The position numbers and the translations under genes are program-made. This document shows, piece after piece, positions 10,524-21,449 of a stretch of DNA of 36,893 nt (position 1 is the first letter of the stretch; each line of letters starts with the position of its first letter). Under the pieces are notes generated by a model. That model had not been told where the DNA came from. It saw only the letters and a list, made by a program, of their open reading frames with translations, and made no database searches. Source of the DNA: Octopus bimaculoides (lineage: Eukaryota); assembly GCF_001194135.2 (NCBI RefSeq), contig NC_069001.1, positions 23,685,143 through 23,722,035 on the forward strand. Reading direction: 5' to 3'.

Positions 10524-11085
10524 TTAAAGTTGCTAGAAATACTTAAATCAAAAACTCATTCAGTTACAAAGATAATTAATAAACTATCCAGATGCTTAAT
10601 GCGAAAATCTTCACACACACAGAGAACAGTTTGTGTGGGTTTACAAAATGTTTCACATAAAACTGTATAGAAAAATAACTTACACACATATTGAAACTAT
10701 CAATTATTTTTCTTTTTCTTCAGTATTTACTTATTCTTCGCAAACACTGTCTCAGCTACCAATACTTTTATCTAATTATTAAGATTTGGTTGGCTTTCTA
10801 TTAGCTTATCCAAATGGCAGTCACCTGTATGCTACCTCAGATTGTTTTCACTTGGTTCATTATTTTAAGATGTTGTCCACAGCCTGTTCTAGATGCAAGA
10901 AAGACTAACCCAATGTCCACCAAATTTGCAAGGTCACAGAAACGTTAATTTTGAAGGAAGCTGCTGTCACAATCGGAGCAAAGTTTGGATGTGTTTCTTG
11001 TTTCCTTGCCTGGAAAATTTGACAAATTAAACAGAGTATTACGCTATTTTTTACAATGAAATCACAAATTCTTATACACAATGCC

Positions 11086-11153
11086 TTAACCTTTTTATCA
11101 ACATTGTTCTAATGTTCCTTCTTCCATTAGAACAATGTTGATAAATAAGTTAA
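11086..11153. repeat. 68-bp TTAA-bounded mini-palindrome (possible micro-MITE)
   Basis: Perfect 21-bp arms at 11094-11114 and 11125-11145, a 10-nt loop, and outer ttaac/gttaa. Confidence 0.85.
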
Positions 11154-11164
11154 GGCAAAATCTG

Positions 11165-11335
11165 TCACAGCGAACTCCATCTGACTCCTTGCATGGGTCA
11201 GATGGAATTTGTTGTGGCAGATTTTTTTCTGGTAGCATGCTCTTCCGGGTTTCAATCCTCACTTTTCTTCAGGCAAAGTAATATTTCCACACAACCATAC
11301 TTGGAAACATAAACATACACACACACACACACAGA
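11165..11335 (-). mobile_element. SINE with alternative tail (family A head type, tail G), partial
   Basis: ttgcatgggtcagatggaatttgttgtggcagat resembles 22175-22330 and 23700-23870. Confidence 0.55.
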
Positions 11336-11379
11336 CATGCTTGTATACATCTGACTCACACACTGCAAATGCAATCTGT

Positions 11380-11621
11380 AAGTGGGAGAGTACACGGATT
11401 CAGGAGGTTCTCAATGATATCCCATATGACGTCCTTCAGAAGGTTGTTCATTCCATTTTTGGCCGTTTGAGGATGCCATTGGTGCTTATATTGAAATATG
11501 ATGGTTTACTTTCATTTTCCCATGTAATAAAGAACATGTATCATTTGTTTCAATAAATTTGTAAAAGGAATATGGATTTTATTACCAATTTTTAATGCTT
11601 ACTTACTTTTCCTCCACTCTG
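11380..11621 (+). mobile_element. Tc1/mariner-superfamily DNA transposon right end (transposase C-terminus and TIR)
   Basis: RIQEVLNDIPYDVLQKVVHSIFGRLR resembles transposase C-terminal helices. The sequence ends ...ccactctg followed by TA, so the reverse complement TA-CAGAGTGG is TIR-like. The left end was not found. Confidence 0.6.
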
Positions 11622-11625
11622 TATA

Positions 11626-11865
11626 TCATCATCATCATCATCATCGTTTAACGTCCGCTTTCCGTGCTAGCATGGGTTGGACGACTTGACTGAGGACTGG
11701 TGNNNNNNNNNNTGAAACTGGATGGCAACACCAGGCTCCAATCTATCTATCTATATATATATATATATATATATATGGACTTCTTTTAGTTTCCATATAC
11801 CAGATCCTCTCACAAGGCTTTGGTTGGCCTGAGTTTATGTTAGAAGAAACTTGCCTAAGTTGCAC
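11626..11865 (-). mobile_element. RTE 3' end (11626-11744), (TA)n, then SINE A head fragment (11774-11865)
   Basis: (CAT)n-cgtttaacgtccgctttcc..., then ttcttttagtttccatataccagatcctctcacaaggctttgg. Confidence 0.8.
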
Positions 11866-12326
11866 AATCTGTAATTGCCAAGAAACCAAAAGGTAGCTAC
11901 TTTTTTTTATTATTCCACTTTCAGGAAAGTTGTCTTCTAATTAAGAATTAATACAATTTATAAAATTCAACTGTCAGCCTATAACTACTGTGAAATTTTC
12001 ATTTCATTTGTGATTTAATAAAATTTTAACATGATAACTCCATGAATCACAATCTCTCAAATAGCCTCTTTCTTAGCAATTTCGCCTTCTGCAAAATAAA
12101 GTGAATCAATCATTGTCATATTTTTTTCTTGCAGACTATTGTATAGTGGAGTCAGTTACTCAAAGACATCACTTGACTCCTCTAAAACTACTTTGAATGT
12201 GAGGGTTATCAATTTCTCATGACAATATTTAGCCAAAGGGTCACTGGACTAATCTTCTCCTAAATATTTGACCAGTGCCTTATAAATTTTTTTATCAACC
12301 CTTTTCATTGCAAAATTAACTTTCAT

Positions 12327-12584
12327 GGTGACACGTAAAACGCACCATTCAAGCATGATCATTGCCAGTGTCACTTGACTGGCACTCTTGCTAGTGGCAT
12401 GTAAAAGCACCCACTACACTCTCGGAGTGGTTGGCATTAGGAAGGGCATCCAGCTGTAGAAGCTTTGCCAGATCAGATTGGAGCCTGGTGTAGCTTTCTG
12501 GCTTGCCAGTCCTCAGTCAAACTGTCCAACACATGCCAGCATGGGAAGCAGATGTTAAATGACAATGATGACGATGATGATGAT
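12327..12584 (+). mobile_element. RTE LINE 3' end (family B)
   Basis: ...aaaagcacccactacactctcggagtggttggcattaggaagggcatccagctgtag...(GAT)n. Confidence 0.9.
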
Positions 12585-12601
12585 TCCAGTTATGATATTA
12601 A

Positions 12602-12910
12602 ATCATCATCACCATCTAAAGTCCATTGTTCATGGTGGTATGAGTTGGATGGTTTGACCAGAGCTGGCAAGCTTGAGAACTGCACCAGGTTCCAGTCTGA
12701 TATTAGGCTTGGTTTCTACAGCTGGATGCCCTTCCTAATGTCAACCACTTTACAGTGTGTGCTGAGTGCTTTTACGTGGCACCACATGAGCACTCTTGCA
12801 TGGTACCGGCATGAGAGCTGTTTACATGGCACCAGCACAGGACTCTTGTAGGCCAATCTCCTTCACCAGGGGTAGCAGCATTAATGCTTCTGCTGAAGAG
12901 GAGGGTTTTC
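12602..12910 (-). mobile_element. RTE LINE 3' end (family B), tail-to-tail with the previous copy
   Basis: atcatcatc...ctggatgcccttcctaatgtcaaccac..., with three ~24-bp ggcacc subrepeats at 12770-12840. Confidence 0.8.
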
Positions 12911-13162
12911 TATCAACTAAAAAATAAAATTGTTATTTTCTGCAAGTCATATATAACTCAAAACAATAATTAAAAAATTCACACATGACATTTCTGCACA
13001 TAAGAAGCTGTTTTCTTTAATTAATGATAATGAAATTTTCTGTGAATATTTCTGATTTCCACAATAAAAGGGTTAATGTCAGCAATGCAATGTATAATAA
13101 CTGACTTCATTAAATAATCTGGAAATGTTTTCATTTTCACTCAGATTTCCTTCACTCTAAAC

Positions 13163-13493
13163 TAGTGGTTCTCAACCAGGGTCCATATCGCCCCTAAGGG
13201 TCCATGCAACGAAACAATAAATTGGGGATCCAAAATAGTATTTTAAGGGCCACTGACTAAATTTTGCTTTAGATGTATGTATTGGTATTTATTGCAAGGA
13301 AGAAATGGGTTTCTTTCTCTAACATTTTGTTGCATAGTTCAACCTACACAAGTTAATGTGTGGAAAACGAAATAGGGATTTCGAAAGAAGTATCTATAAA
13401 ACTAGTTTTTAAACATCGAAAGGCTGTAAGGGTCCACCAGAATAAAATAGTAAGCAAAGGGGTCCATAGATAAGAAATGGTTGAGAAACCTTG
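13163..13493. mobile_element. hAT/Charlie-type MITE
   Basis: TIRs tagtggttctcaacc and ggttgagaaaccttg. Near-identical 8-bp TSDs ctctaaac (13155-13162) and ctctaact (13494-13501) fit the NTCTAGAN target typical of Charlie elements. Confidence 0.85.
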
Positions 13494-13694
13494 CTCTAAC
13501 TCAAGAAGATACAATGTATGTCATTCTCACCAAAATTTTAATGTCTCTCATTAACTTGATTCATTTTTTGCATCATAAAATCCCCAAACCATCATAATGT
13601 GCAACAGGGTATTGGTGAATTAAGTGTGAACTGTCTTGTTTTAATCTTGTTGTGACATCATTAACATAGCTTAACATTCAAAAATAGGATCAAA

Positions 13695-13908
13695 AGTTTT
13701 TCCCAAGCCATATGCTCATAAGGCTGGTTTCTTGGATTCTTTGGTGGTTCTATTCCACTTCTGGCTGGGACACTAGTCCGTCATAGATTACTCATTTATA
13801 CCAGCAACATAAAATGAAGTGTTTTGCTCAAGACCACAGAACATTGCTCACTCCACAATCTTATGATTTCAAGTGCATCACCCTAACCACTATGGCATGT
13901 GCTTCCAC
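13695..13908 (-). mobile_element. Diverged tRNA-derived SINE (family E)
   Basis: Reverse strand reads gtggaagcacatgccatagtggttagggtg..., then gtggtcttgagcaaaacacttc (CORE/V-like). Confidence 0.6.
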
Positions 13909-15085
13909 TTCTCCAACACCATTGATGCTGAATCACATATAAACAACACCAAGATTCTTCTCTTCATAACATTACATGACCACTAAAACATCAACACACC
14001 TGCAGCTGTACTATAATGCAAAAACTAATTTTGACCGAACATTACAATATTTTGATTTGAATTTGAAATACAGAACAAGACATTTGTTTACAGACATGTC
14101 AAGAATTTCTTCAGTTCTTAACATGATAATCAGCTGATGCTATTTCTTCAAACATGTTTTTTTGAATAATAGTCTTAACGGTCTCGAGAAAATTAAACAG
14201 ATGATTATTTTCACCAGCTGTCTGGTAGTTGAACAATCTTTGCCATACATTTATTAATTTATCAAATTGAATGTATAGAGTTGTTCAGTTTAACAGCTAA
14301 CAGCATATTGTCAATATGACCTTTGTCCTTCTCTCAGTTTGATTTCTCTTTACATTCTCTCATCTGCTCTTTCACGCATTATGCATTGTACCCATGTAAT
14401 AGCTAATGATGGGTTGTATTTTATTACCTGAGCTTTTTGTACACTATCCAAATGGGATTTATATGCCAAATGATGCTTTAAAAACTGAAGTTTCCAAAAC
14501 TATTGCTTTTCTTTCCACTGGTAAATTCTCCAGCAAATTACACACCTCCACAAGACAAAAACATAACTTCTATTTCTTACATAAATATTTCCTACAGTTG
14601 AATGTTTATGATCTCATAAGTTTTTAGTGTATCAGCTTCAACTATTTTGTGAAGCCATTGCAGTTAGTTCTTTTGTTCTTCATGCTATTTGCTTCTGAAA
14701 TCAACATAGTGAATCAGTATCTTTTTCAATAAAAACTCAGCAAATCATCTACAGAACTTGAAACTGGTCTTTACGACATAAAAGACTATTCACCAAATAT
14801 GGCCACAGCCATTTTACGACTGCTGCTGCTGCTGACACTGGAGCGGAGCAGGAATTATTAATTACAACATTATTTTAGGTGATTAACCTTTCTTTTATAC
14901 ACACATTAATTTCTTTTGTGTACTGGTTGCACATAGGCACAGCATAGTGGAAACATTACAACATGCTAGCAAAATCTTTCTTATTTCAGTTGTTACTGAC
15001 GATTCTGAATTCTTAAAATGTGTGGTTCGTTTTTATAGACAAGTGGACAAGGCTGTTGGAGGTTAAGTGTTACAGCTGTGAACAT

Positions 15086-15493
15086 ATAGGCACAGACATG
15101 ACTGTGTGGTAAGAAGCTTGCTTCCCAACCACATGGTTCCAAGTTCAGTCCCATTGTATGGTTCTTCGAGCAAGTGTCTTTTACTATAGCCTTGTGTTAA
15201 CCAAAGCCTTGTGAGTGGATTTGGTAAACAGAAACAGAAAAAAGCTTGTTGTATATATATGTGTGTGTGTGTGTGTGTTTGTGTCTGTGTTTGTACCTCA
15301 CCACATCTTGACAACCAGTGTTGGTGTGTTTATATCTCCATAACTTAGTGGTTCAGCAGAGAGACTGATAGAATAAGTACCAGGCTTAAAATGAAAAAAA
15401 GAGTATTAGGGTTGATTCCTTTGACTAAAAATTCTTCAAGGTTGTGCTCCAGCGTGGCTGCAGTCTAATGACTGAAACAAGTAAAAGATCAAA
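15086..15493 (+). mobile_element. SINE family A, full length
   Basis: ataggcacagacatgactgtgtggtaag...ggttccaagttcagtccc...(TG)n...gactgaaacaagtaaaag. Confidence 0.9.
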
Positions 15494-15680
15494 ATAGAAT
15501 ATATGGTAACAAGTGACTCTTTAGCTAATCTTCCACTCAATTCAGACACATAAAGTCATGTGTTCTGAATGACTGTAACAAACAATATAATATATAAATA
15601 GAATATAGAGCAAAAATCATACAAATGGTAAGGTTAACATTTATTTTATCAACAACAAAGCAATTTTGAAAATTTGAACC

Positions 15681-15907
15681 TTAACTCTTTAGCATTTAGA
15701 TCACTCTGTCAATATAATGCTTAGTTATTCATATTGTTTGGAATTAATCCTGCATTATCTTGTAGCATTGAGATTTCAATGATGAAATTGTTTATTTTTA
15801 GAATGACATTGTAGGGTAGGTGTGAGAGGCTGAATCTAGCTGATTTGAATACAAAACAAGTAAAATATTTGGGCTGAATATAGCCAGTTTGAATGTTAAA
15901 GCATTAA
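15681..15907 (+). mobile_element. TTAA-flanked MITE (piggyBac-like ends)
   Basis: ttaactctttagcatt...aatgttaaagcattaa. The body is shared with 15946-16171, 19267-19754 and 22902-23130. Confidence 0.8.
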
Positions 15908-15945
15908 GACAGTCATGGATGGTCAATAAGTTGGATCAGTCAAGC

Positions 15946-16171
15946 ATAACCTTTTGGCATAAAATCTCACCATGTCCAGTCAAAATATTCCACCTATTTT
16001 ATGTTCACACTGGCCAGATCAGGTCTCTCACACCTACTCTACAATGTCATTAAAAACTAAATGATCACATAATCTAAATCTCAAAGTTCCGAGATAATTC
16101 AAATTAATTCAAAATAATTTGAATAAATAAGTCCCACATTTAACAGAGAATTCTGAATGCTTAAGGGTTAA
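15946..16171 (-). mobile_element. TTAA-flanked MITE, inverted copy
   Basis: ataaccttttggcat...ctctcacacctactctacaatgtcatt...aatgcttaagggttaa. Confidence 0.8.
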
Positions 16172-16516
16172 AAGTAAACATATAGAATGAGGAGGTTTGT
16201 GAGAGCCTTTTTTTGGTATCTTATAATGAGATCCAAATGAGTGTTTTCATTGAAGTTTAATAACTCAACAGCATTCACCTTTCTCTCCTAAAACGGGAAT
16301 TATGTTGCAAAAGTAATCAGTATACAGGATCAAAGGCAATTTTGATGCCCCAACCTTCATCAATAGACACGGTGAGTCAGAAAAAAAATTTTGTGCATGT
16401 AGTGGGTGGGGAGTGGGCGACTGATCCACCCACCACATTGCTCCCTTCTTGTTACACTTTTAAAAGGCTCACTTATTAAAATACAAATGGAACTATGGTA
16501 GGCAAAAGCCCTTTGG

Positions 16517-16731
16517 ATAATCCTTTCTGTTGTAGGCACAAAGCCTGAAATTTGGTGGGGCAGGGGGCAAGTCAGTTACATCGATCCCAGAGTTCAACTG
16601 ATACTTATTTTATTGACCTTGAAAGGAATGAAGGCAAAGTCGGCCTCAGTGGGATTTGAACTCAGAACGTAAAGACAGATGAAATGTTTGCTAAGAATTT
16701 TGCCTGGTGTACTAACGAGTCTTCCAGCTCA
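16517..16731 (-). mobile_element. SINE family C, full length
   Basis: ataatcctttct...ggcacaaagcctgaaattt...gaactcagaacgtaaagacagatgaaat...ccagctcac. Confidence 0.85.
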
Positions 16732-17210
16732 CTGTGTTAAGCCTTTGGATAATGGAACAACATAATTTAACAGTATCAATTCATGTATTTATATATTCTC
16801 AACTCAAGTAGTGTTAATACTAATATGATCATAGTTATAATTATAATTTTAATTGAGGATAAAACACATTGATCAAATAACCACTAACATTATTGATGAA
16901 ATATCGTCAAAAATCTTCAGAATATTAGAAGATTCTGTTGACAGCTCAGTGGCATCTCCAAAATACATGAATCACTTATTGCAGTCTATTATTAATATTA
17001 AATATTCATATAATAACAGAACCAAATGTAAGAAACCTGAAACTTTATATAAAGTAAACTGCATAAATAAACCTTCATGAAAAAAAAAAACCCAAAAATA
17101 CAACCAAGTTTGAGAAATCAGTGATAAACAAAAGCAACCATTGTTGTATTTTCTTATGATAAGTTAGTAAATTATCATTATCATTACTATTATTATAATC
17201 AACAAAAAGT

Positions 17211-17592
17211 GGAGGCGCAATGGCCCAGTGGTTAGGGCAGCGGACTCGCGATCATAGGATCGCGGTTTCAATTCCCAGACTGGGTGTTGTTAGTGTTTAT
17301 TGAGCGAAACACCTAAAGCTCCACAAGGCTCCAGCAGGGGATGGTGGCGAACCCTGCTGTACTCTTTCACCACAACTTTCTCTCACTCTTACTTCCTGTC
17401 TCTGTTGTGCCTGTAATTTAAAGGGTCAGCCTTGTCACACTGTGTCACGCTGAATTTCCCCGAGAACTATGTTAAGGGTACACGTGTCTGTGGAGTGCTC
17501 AGCCACTTGCACGTTAATTTCACGAGCAGGCTGTTCCATTGATCGGATCAACTGGAACCCTCGACGTTGTATGCGACGGAGTGCCAACAACA
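17211..17592 (+). mobile_element. SINE family D1 with a well-preserved Pol III promoter
   Basis: A box TGGCCCAGTGG (17221-17231) and B box GGTTTCAATTCC (17264-17275). The 3' body is shared with 20663-20819. Confidence 0.88.
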
Positions 17593-17625
17593 ATTATTAG
17601 TCATTATTATTACTGTTTTGTACAC

Positions 17626-17880
17626 ATGATCACGAGATCATGGTTTCAATTTCTAGATCGGGTGGTCCATTGTATTCTTGGGCAAAATACTTTATCTCAC
17701 ATTGTTTTGTGATCATTTGGACACCTGATGTGTGGTGCACTGTGCAGCCAACATCAACTTGATGGAGGGAGCGAGCTAATGTTCAATACATACATTTGAT
17801 CACTATAAACAAATCGTTTTTGCAGAGCATTCATTAAAAACTGAACACTCATGCATTGTCTTCAACAGGAGAGTCCATTA
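17626..17880 (+). mobile_element. Diverged tRNA-derived SINE
   Basis: B-box-like ggtttcaatttc followed by CORE/V-like ttgtattcttgggcaaaatactttatctcac. Confidence 0.55.
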
Positions 17881-17892
17881 TTGGTTAAGGGT

Positions 17893-18879
17893 TGATCTGG
17901 CAGAACCATTAGCATTCCAGACAAAATGCTTAGTGGCATTCCACCTGTCTTTACACTCTGGGTTCAAATTCTGCCTAGGTCTACTGTGCCGTTCATCCGT
18001 TCAGGGTTGTTAAAATAAGTACCAGTTAAAAACTTGGGTCAATGTAATTAGCTTCCCCTCCCCTCTCCTCAAAAACTGCTGGCCCTGTGCCAAAATTTAA
18101 ACCATTATTATTGTTATTTTGCTCTTGGTGTTCAGGGAGATCTCCGACAGTGGAGTTCCTCAGTTATCCCTAGAGGTCATCCTGTATAAGAAAAGCTACA
18201 TCTCTAACATCCCCTCCTTTTTTCCCCAACTTTGTATACTTCCTTTTCATTGTATACCACCTTTTTTAAAAATTATTTTATTCGAGACCTTTGGAGATAT
18301 GCTGTGCTTGAGAAGACCCGGCAAGCCAAGTGAGACCGTAGCCATAGCCTATGCCAGTGTCGCATATTATTATTATTATTATTATTATTATCATTATTAC
18401 TAAGGTAGCAAGCTGGCAGAAGTGTTACTGTGCCAGACAAAATGCTCAGCAGCATTTTTGTCCATCTTTAAGTCTGAGTTCAAATTCCACCTGGGTCATC
18501 AACTTAGCCTTTTGTCCTTTCTGGGTCGATAAAATAAGTACCAGCTGAATATTGAGGCCGATGTAAATCAACTTACCCCTCCCCCAAAGTTGCTAGCCTT
18601 GTATCAAAATATGAAACTATTATCATTATCATTATTATTAATGAAGGCAACTAATTGGCTGAATCATTAGCACAATGGGTAAAATACTTAACAGCATTAA
18701 GTCCATCGTTACGTTCTGAGTTCAAATTCCATTGAGGTTGCCTTTGCATTTTATCCTTTCAGGGTCGACAAATTAAGTACCATTCAAATACTGGGGTCGA
18801 TATAATTGACTCTCTCACTCCCCACAAACTCCAGGCCTTGTGCACATAGTGGAAAGGATTATCATTATCATTATTATTA
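17893..18879 (+). mobile_element. Three head-to-tail SINE family C copies (~17893-18118, 18401-18640, 18643-18879)
   Basis: Each has a ctggcagaa-type head, a tgagttcaaatt B box, a cctttcatcc...gataaaataagtaccag centre and an (ATT/ATC)n tail. Confidence 0.85.
18283..18366 (+). mobile_element. RTE ORF terminus and start of 3' UTR
   Basis: Encodes RDLWRYAVLEKTRQAK* (stop at 18331-18333), a typical RTE DRxxWR C-terminus. Confidence 0.75.
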
Positions 18880-19266
18880 CAGCTTCTATTGAATCAAAAA
18901 TATTGAGGGCAGAATGACTGTAGAGTGTTGAAGAGAGCTAATGATAAAGCTAATGATCCCTGCCAAAAAAAAAACATATTCGTTCAAAGCCGTTCAAGAT
19001 GACAGCAACATGGTAACAGTTCTGAGAAGAGTAATGCTACTTTAGTAATAGACCAAAAAATTTCACCAACCAAAATATCCTGTTGAAGAAAAGTGTTAAT
19101 TACAGGACATTAAATGTCAGGTTTATTGAAAAGAATAACAAGGGTACTATTTCTGATCTTCCATTCACAACTGGAGTACAGTTCCTTTGCTATTAATAGA
19201 AAGAAATGTGGAACTTTTCTTCAGAGTGGACTCAGCTAAGCAGACACACAAGCCTGGTTGTTGGCA

Positions 19267-19754
19267 TTAATCCTTTAACATTCAGATTAATCTAGCAAAT
19301 GTGGTGTTTATTCCCATTGATTTAGATCAATCACACATTCACTTGTAGCTTCAAGATTTCATTGATGTGTTTGTATATTTTCACACTGATGCTGTTCAGT
19401 GGATGTGAGAGATTAGATCTGGTCAATTTTAACATAAAACATGTATTGTGCAGACAAGAAAGTAATATTTTGAATGCTACATAGCCAGGAAAACAGAAGA
19501 AAGATTGGGTATTATTACCTTTATAAGTTTGTCAACAAGCAAACTTTTTTCAGTCCTATAAGAGTAATAATATCTGATCTTCCTGCTGTTTTCACAGCTA
19601 TGCTGTGTTCAAAATATTACCTTCTTGTCTGTACAATATGATACCCATTCCACACTTCTAAAAACAAAATAAAAGTTTGTTTACATATGTTGTTGTTGCA
19701 TAAAACATGTAGCATATCTGGACCAGAAATGGCCAGATTGAGCTAAAGGGTTAA
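19267..19754 (+). mobile_element. TTAA-flanked MITE interrupted by a 253-bp fold-back insertion
   Basis: ttaatcctttaacatt...gctaaagggttaa. The insert at 19446-19698 lies between copies of cataaaacatgta. Confidence 0.75.
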
Positions 19755-20374
19755 ACAAGGTAACAGGCTAAGTCTATGACTAAAGACCAGACACAAGCCA
19801 GGAGTATCTTTTAAACCAATTACTTGTTGCCAGTTATTTGCTGTAGAAGTTTAACATAACCACGTCTGAATCATACGCTGATAAATATAGATTTCTTAGA
19901 CATGACACATACTGTCTCACATGTTTAAAATCTGTACAATTCGTTAGAAGAGATACATTACAATTTGTCATATCATAAACCTTAATGTGATTAATTTATT
20001 AATGGTACTAACTGATGTGGGTTGATTCTAACAGTTTGTCGGTTGCCAGAACCAATTTAGTAAGTAAGAAAAAGTTTGTGGTGAGAACAAAGTTATCACC
20101 TGAACTTACAGCACAAATATTTATAACATGTCTAAGAGAGTATTGCTTCCAATTGGAGTGCAGAATTTACAACAACAGTAGGAAGAAGGGTAAAAGTTTA
20201 CCTCAGTTCCAGAGCCCTGTCTCAAATTCTTGCACCAGAGAAGATTCAGCTAAATGTACCTGAGGGCCTGGTGGTGGTGTTAAACTAAGTAAGATATGAG
20301 GTCTGTGACTAAAAAATCATTAATGGTTGCTCCGCTGGATTTCTATTGACCAAATTTAACTCACAAGGCTGTGA

Positions 20375-20630
20375 AAAATATCCCTTGGCAAAGATACTGT
20401 GAAATGGGATTGAAACTAAAGCCATGTAGTACTTGAGTGAACTCTCTAACCACAAAGTCATGCTTAAGGCTATGGAAACTCTATTATCATCATTGTCATC
20501 ATTTAACATCCATTTTCCATGCTGGCATGAGTTGGATGGTATCGCAGGAGCAGGAGACTGCACCAGGCTTCAGTCTGCTTTGGCAGGGAGTTTTGACTCG
20601 ATACCCTTCCTAATACCAACCACCTTACAG
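20375..20630 (-). mobile_element. Degenerate SINE A head (20375-20465) and RTE 3' end (20485-20630)
   Basis: Similarity to the families above. Confidence 0.6.
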
Positions 20631-20662
20631 ACTAAAAGGACTGGTGCTTCATTGATTATAAT

Positions 20663-20965
20663 GGCAAGGGTTCCAGTTGATCCAATCCAGGGACAGCCTG
20701 CTCATGAAATGAACGTGCAAGTGGCTGAGGACTCTGCAAACATGTGTACATTTAATATAGTTCTGAGGGAGATTTAGCGTGTCAAAGAATGTGACAAGGC
20801 TGACCCTTTGAAATACAGGTTGTACTTGTTTTTGCCAGTTGAGTGGACTGCAGCAATGTGAAATAAAGTGTCTTGCTCAAGGACACAATATGCCACCAGG
20901 AATTGAACTCATGACCTTACGATCATGAGCTAAATACCCACAACCACTAAGCCATGTGCCTTCAC
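20663..20965 (-). mobile_element. SINE family D2 (tRNA head, CORE/V-like centre, D-type 3' body)
   Basis: Reverse strand gtgaaggcacatggcttagtggtt...gagttcaattcc...gtgtccttgagcaagacacttt..., then the body shared with 17410-17563. Confidence 0.85.
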
Positions 20966-21449
20966 ACCAGGAATAACCGACATATCTCTGTCATGAATTG
21001 AAGATCCAATGAATGAACCTGTTTGTAGAAATAGCAGCCAGATTATCTCAAATACATCATACCTTCTTAACAAATGAAGAAAAAGTTGCATGCTGTAATC
21101 ACCAACATATAGAAAAAGACAGGATGGCCATAGTTGGAGTGCATTTGATCACAAGGAAGATCTGGAGAGAAAAATGAACAGCAATACATAGAAGACATTA
21201 ATTTAGGGTGTTAGACTTAGTCCATTGCATGGTCTAACACCACTATCAGGTCATGGATGATATTAGTGGAGTCTAGTCTGTTGTGAGCAGATGAACCACG
21301 TCTTTCAGACTGATAACTTTATCCCTTCCATTTAGTAGTTTTAGAAACCATAAAAAATATCAAGGATACCAAAATTTCACAGCTGACAAAACAATAACAG
21401 AAATAAAACTCATTAAAAAAAGCATCAAAGCATAATTAAATGCTTGGCT

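Noticed and set aside
11695-11725. Apparent insertion within the RTE end
   Set aside because: The flanks overlap (tg/tg) and rejoin to the sequence seen at 30430-30445. The 10 Ns are an assembly artefact.
17211-17285. Possible tRNA gene
   Set aside because: It has A and B boxes but no convincing acceptor stem or cloverleaf, and it runs into a SINE body found elsewhere.
18139-18163. Minus-strand CTGAGGA followed by a ctcc/ggag hairpin
   Set aside because: No GAAA follows the hairpin, so the hammerhead core is incomplete.
20015-20263. 82-aa ORF and nearby splice-like motifs
   Set aside because: No recognisable domain, and the candidate minus-strand exon has stops in all frames.
21207-21241. 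10-bp perfect inverted repeat with a 15-nt loop (similar small hairpin near 16418-16437)
   Set aside because: Too short to distinguish from chance or a decayed repeat without copies.
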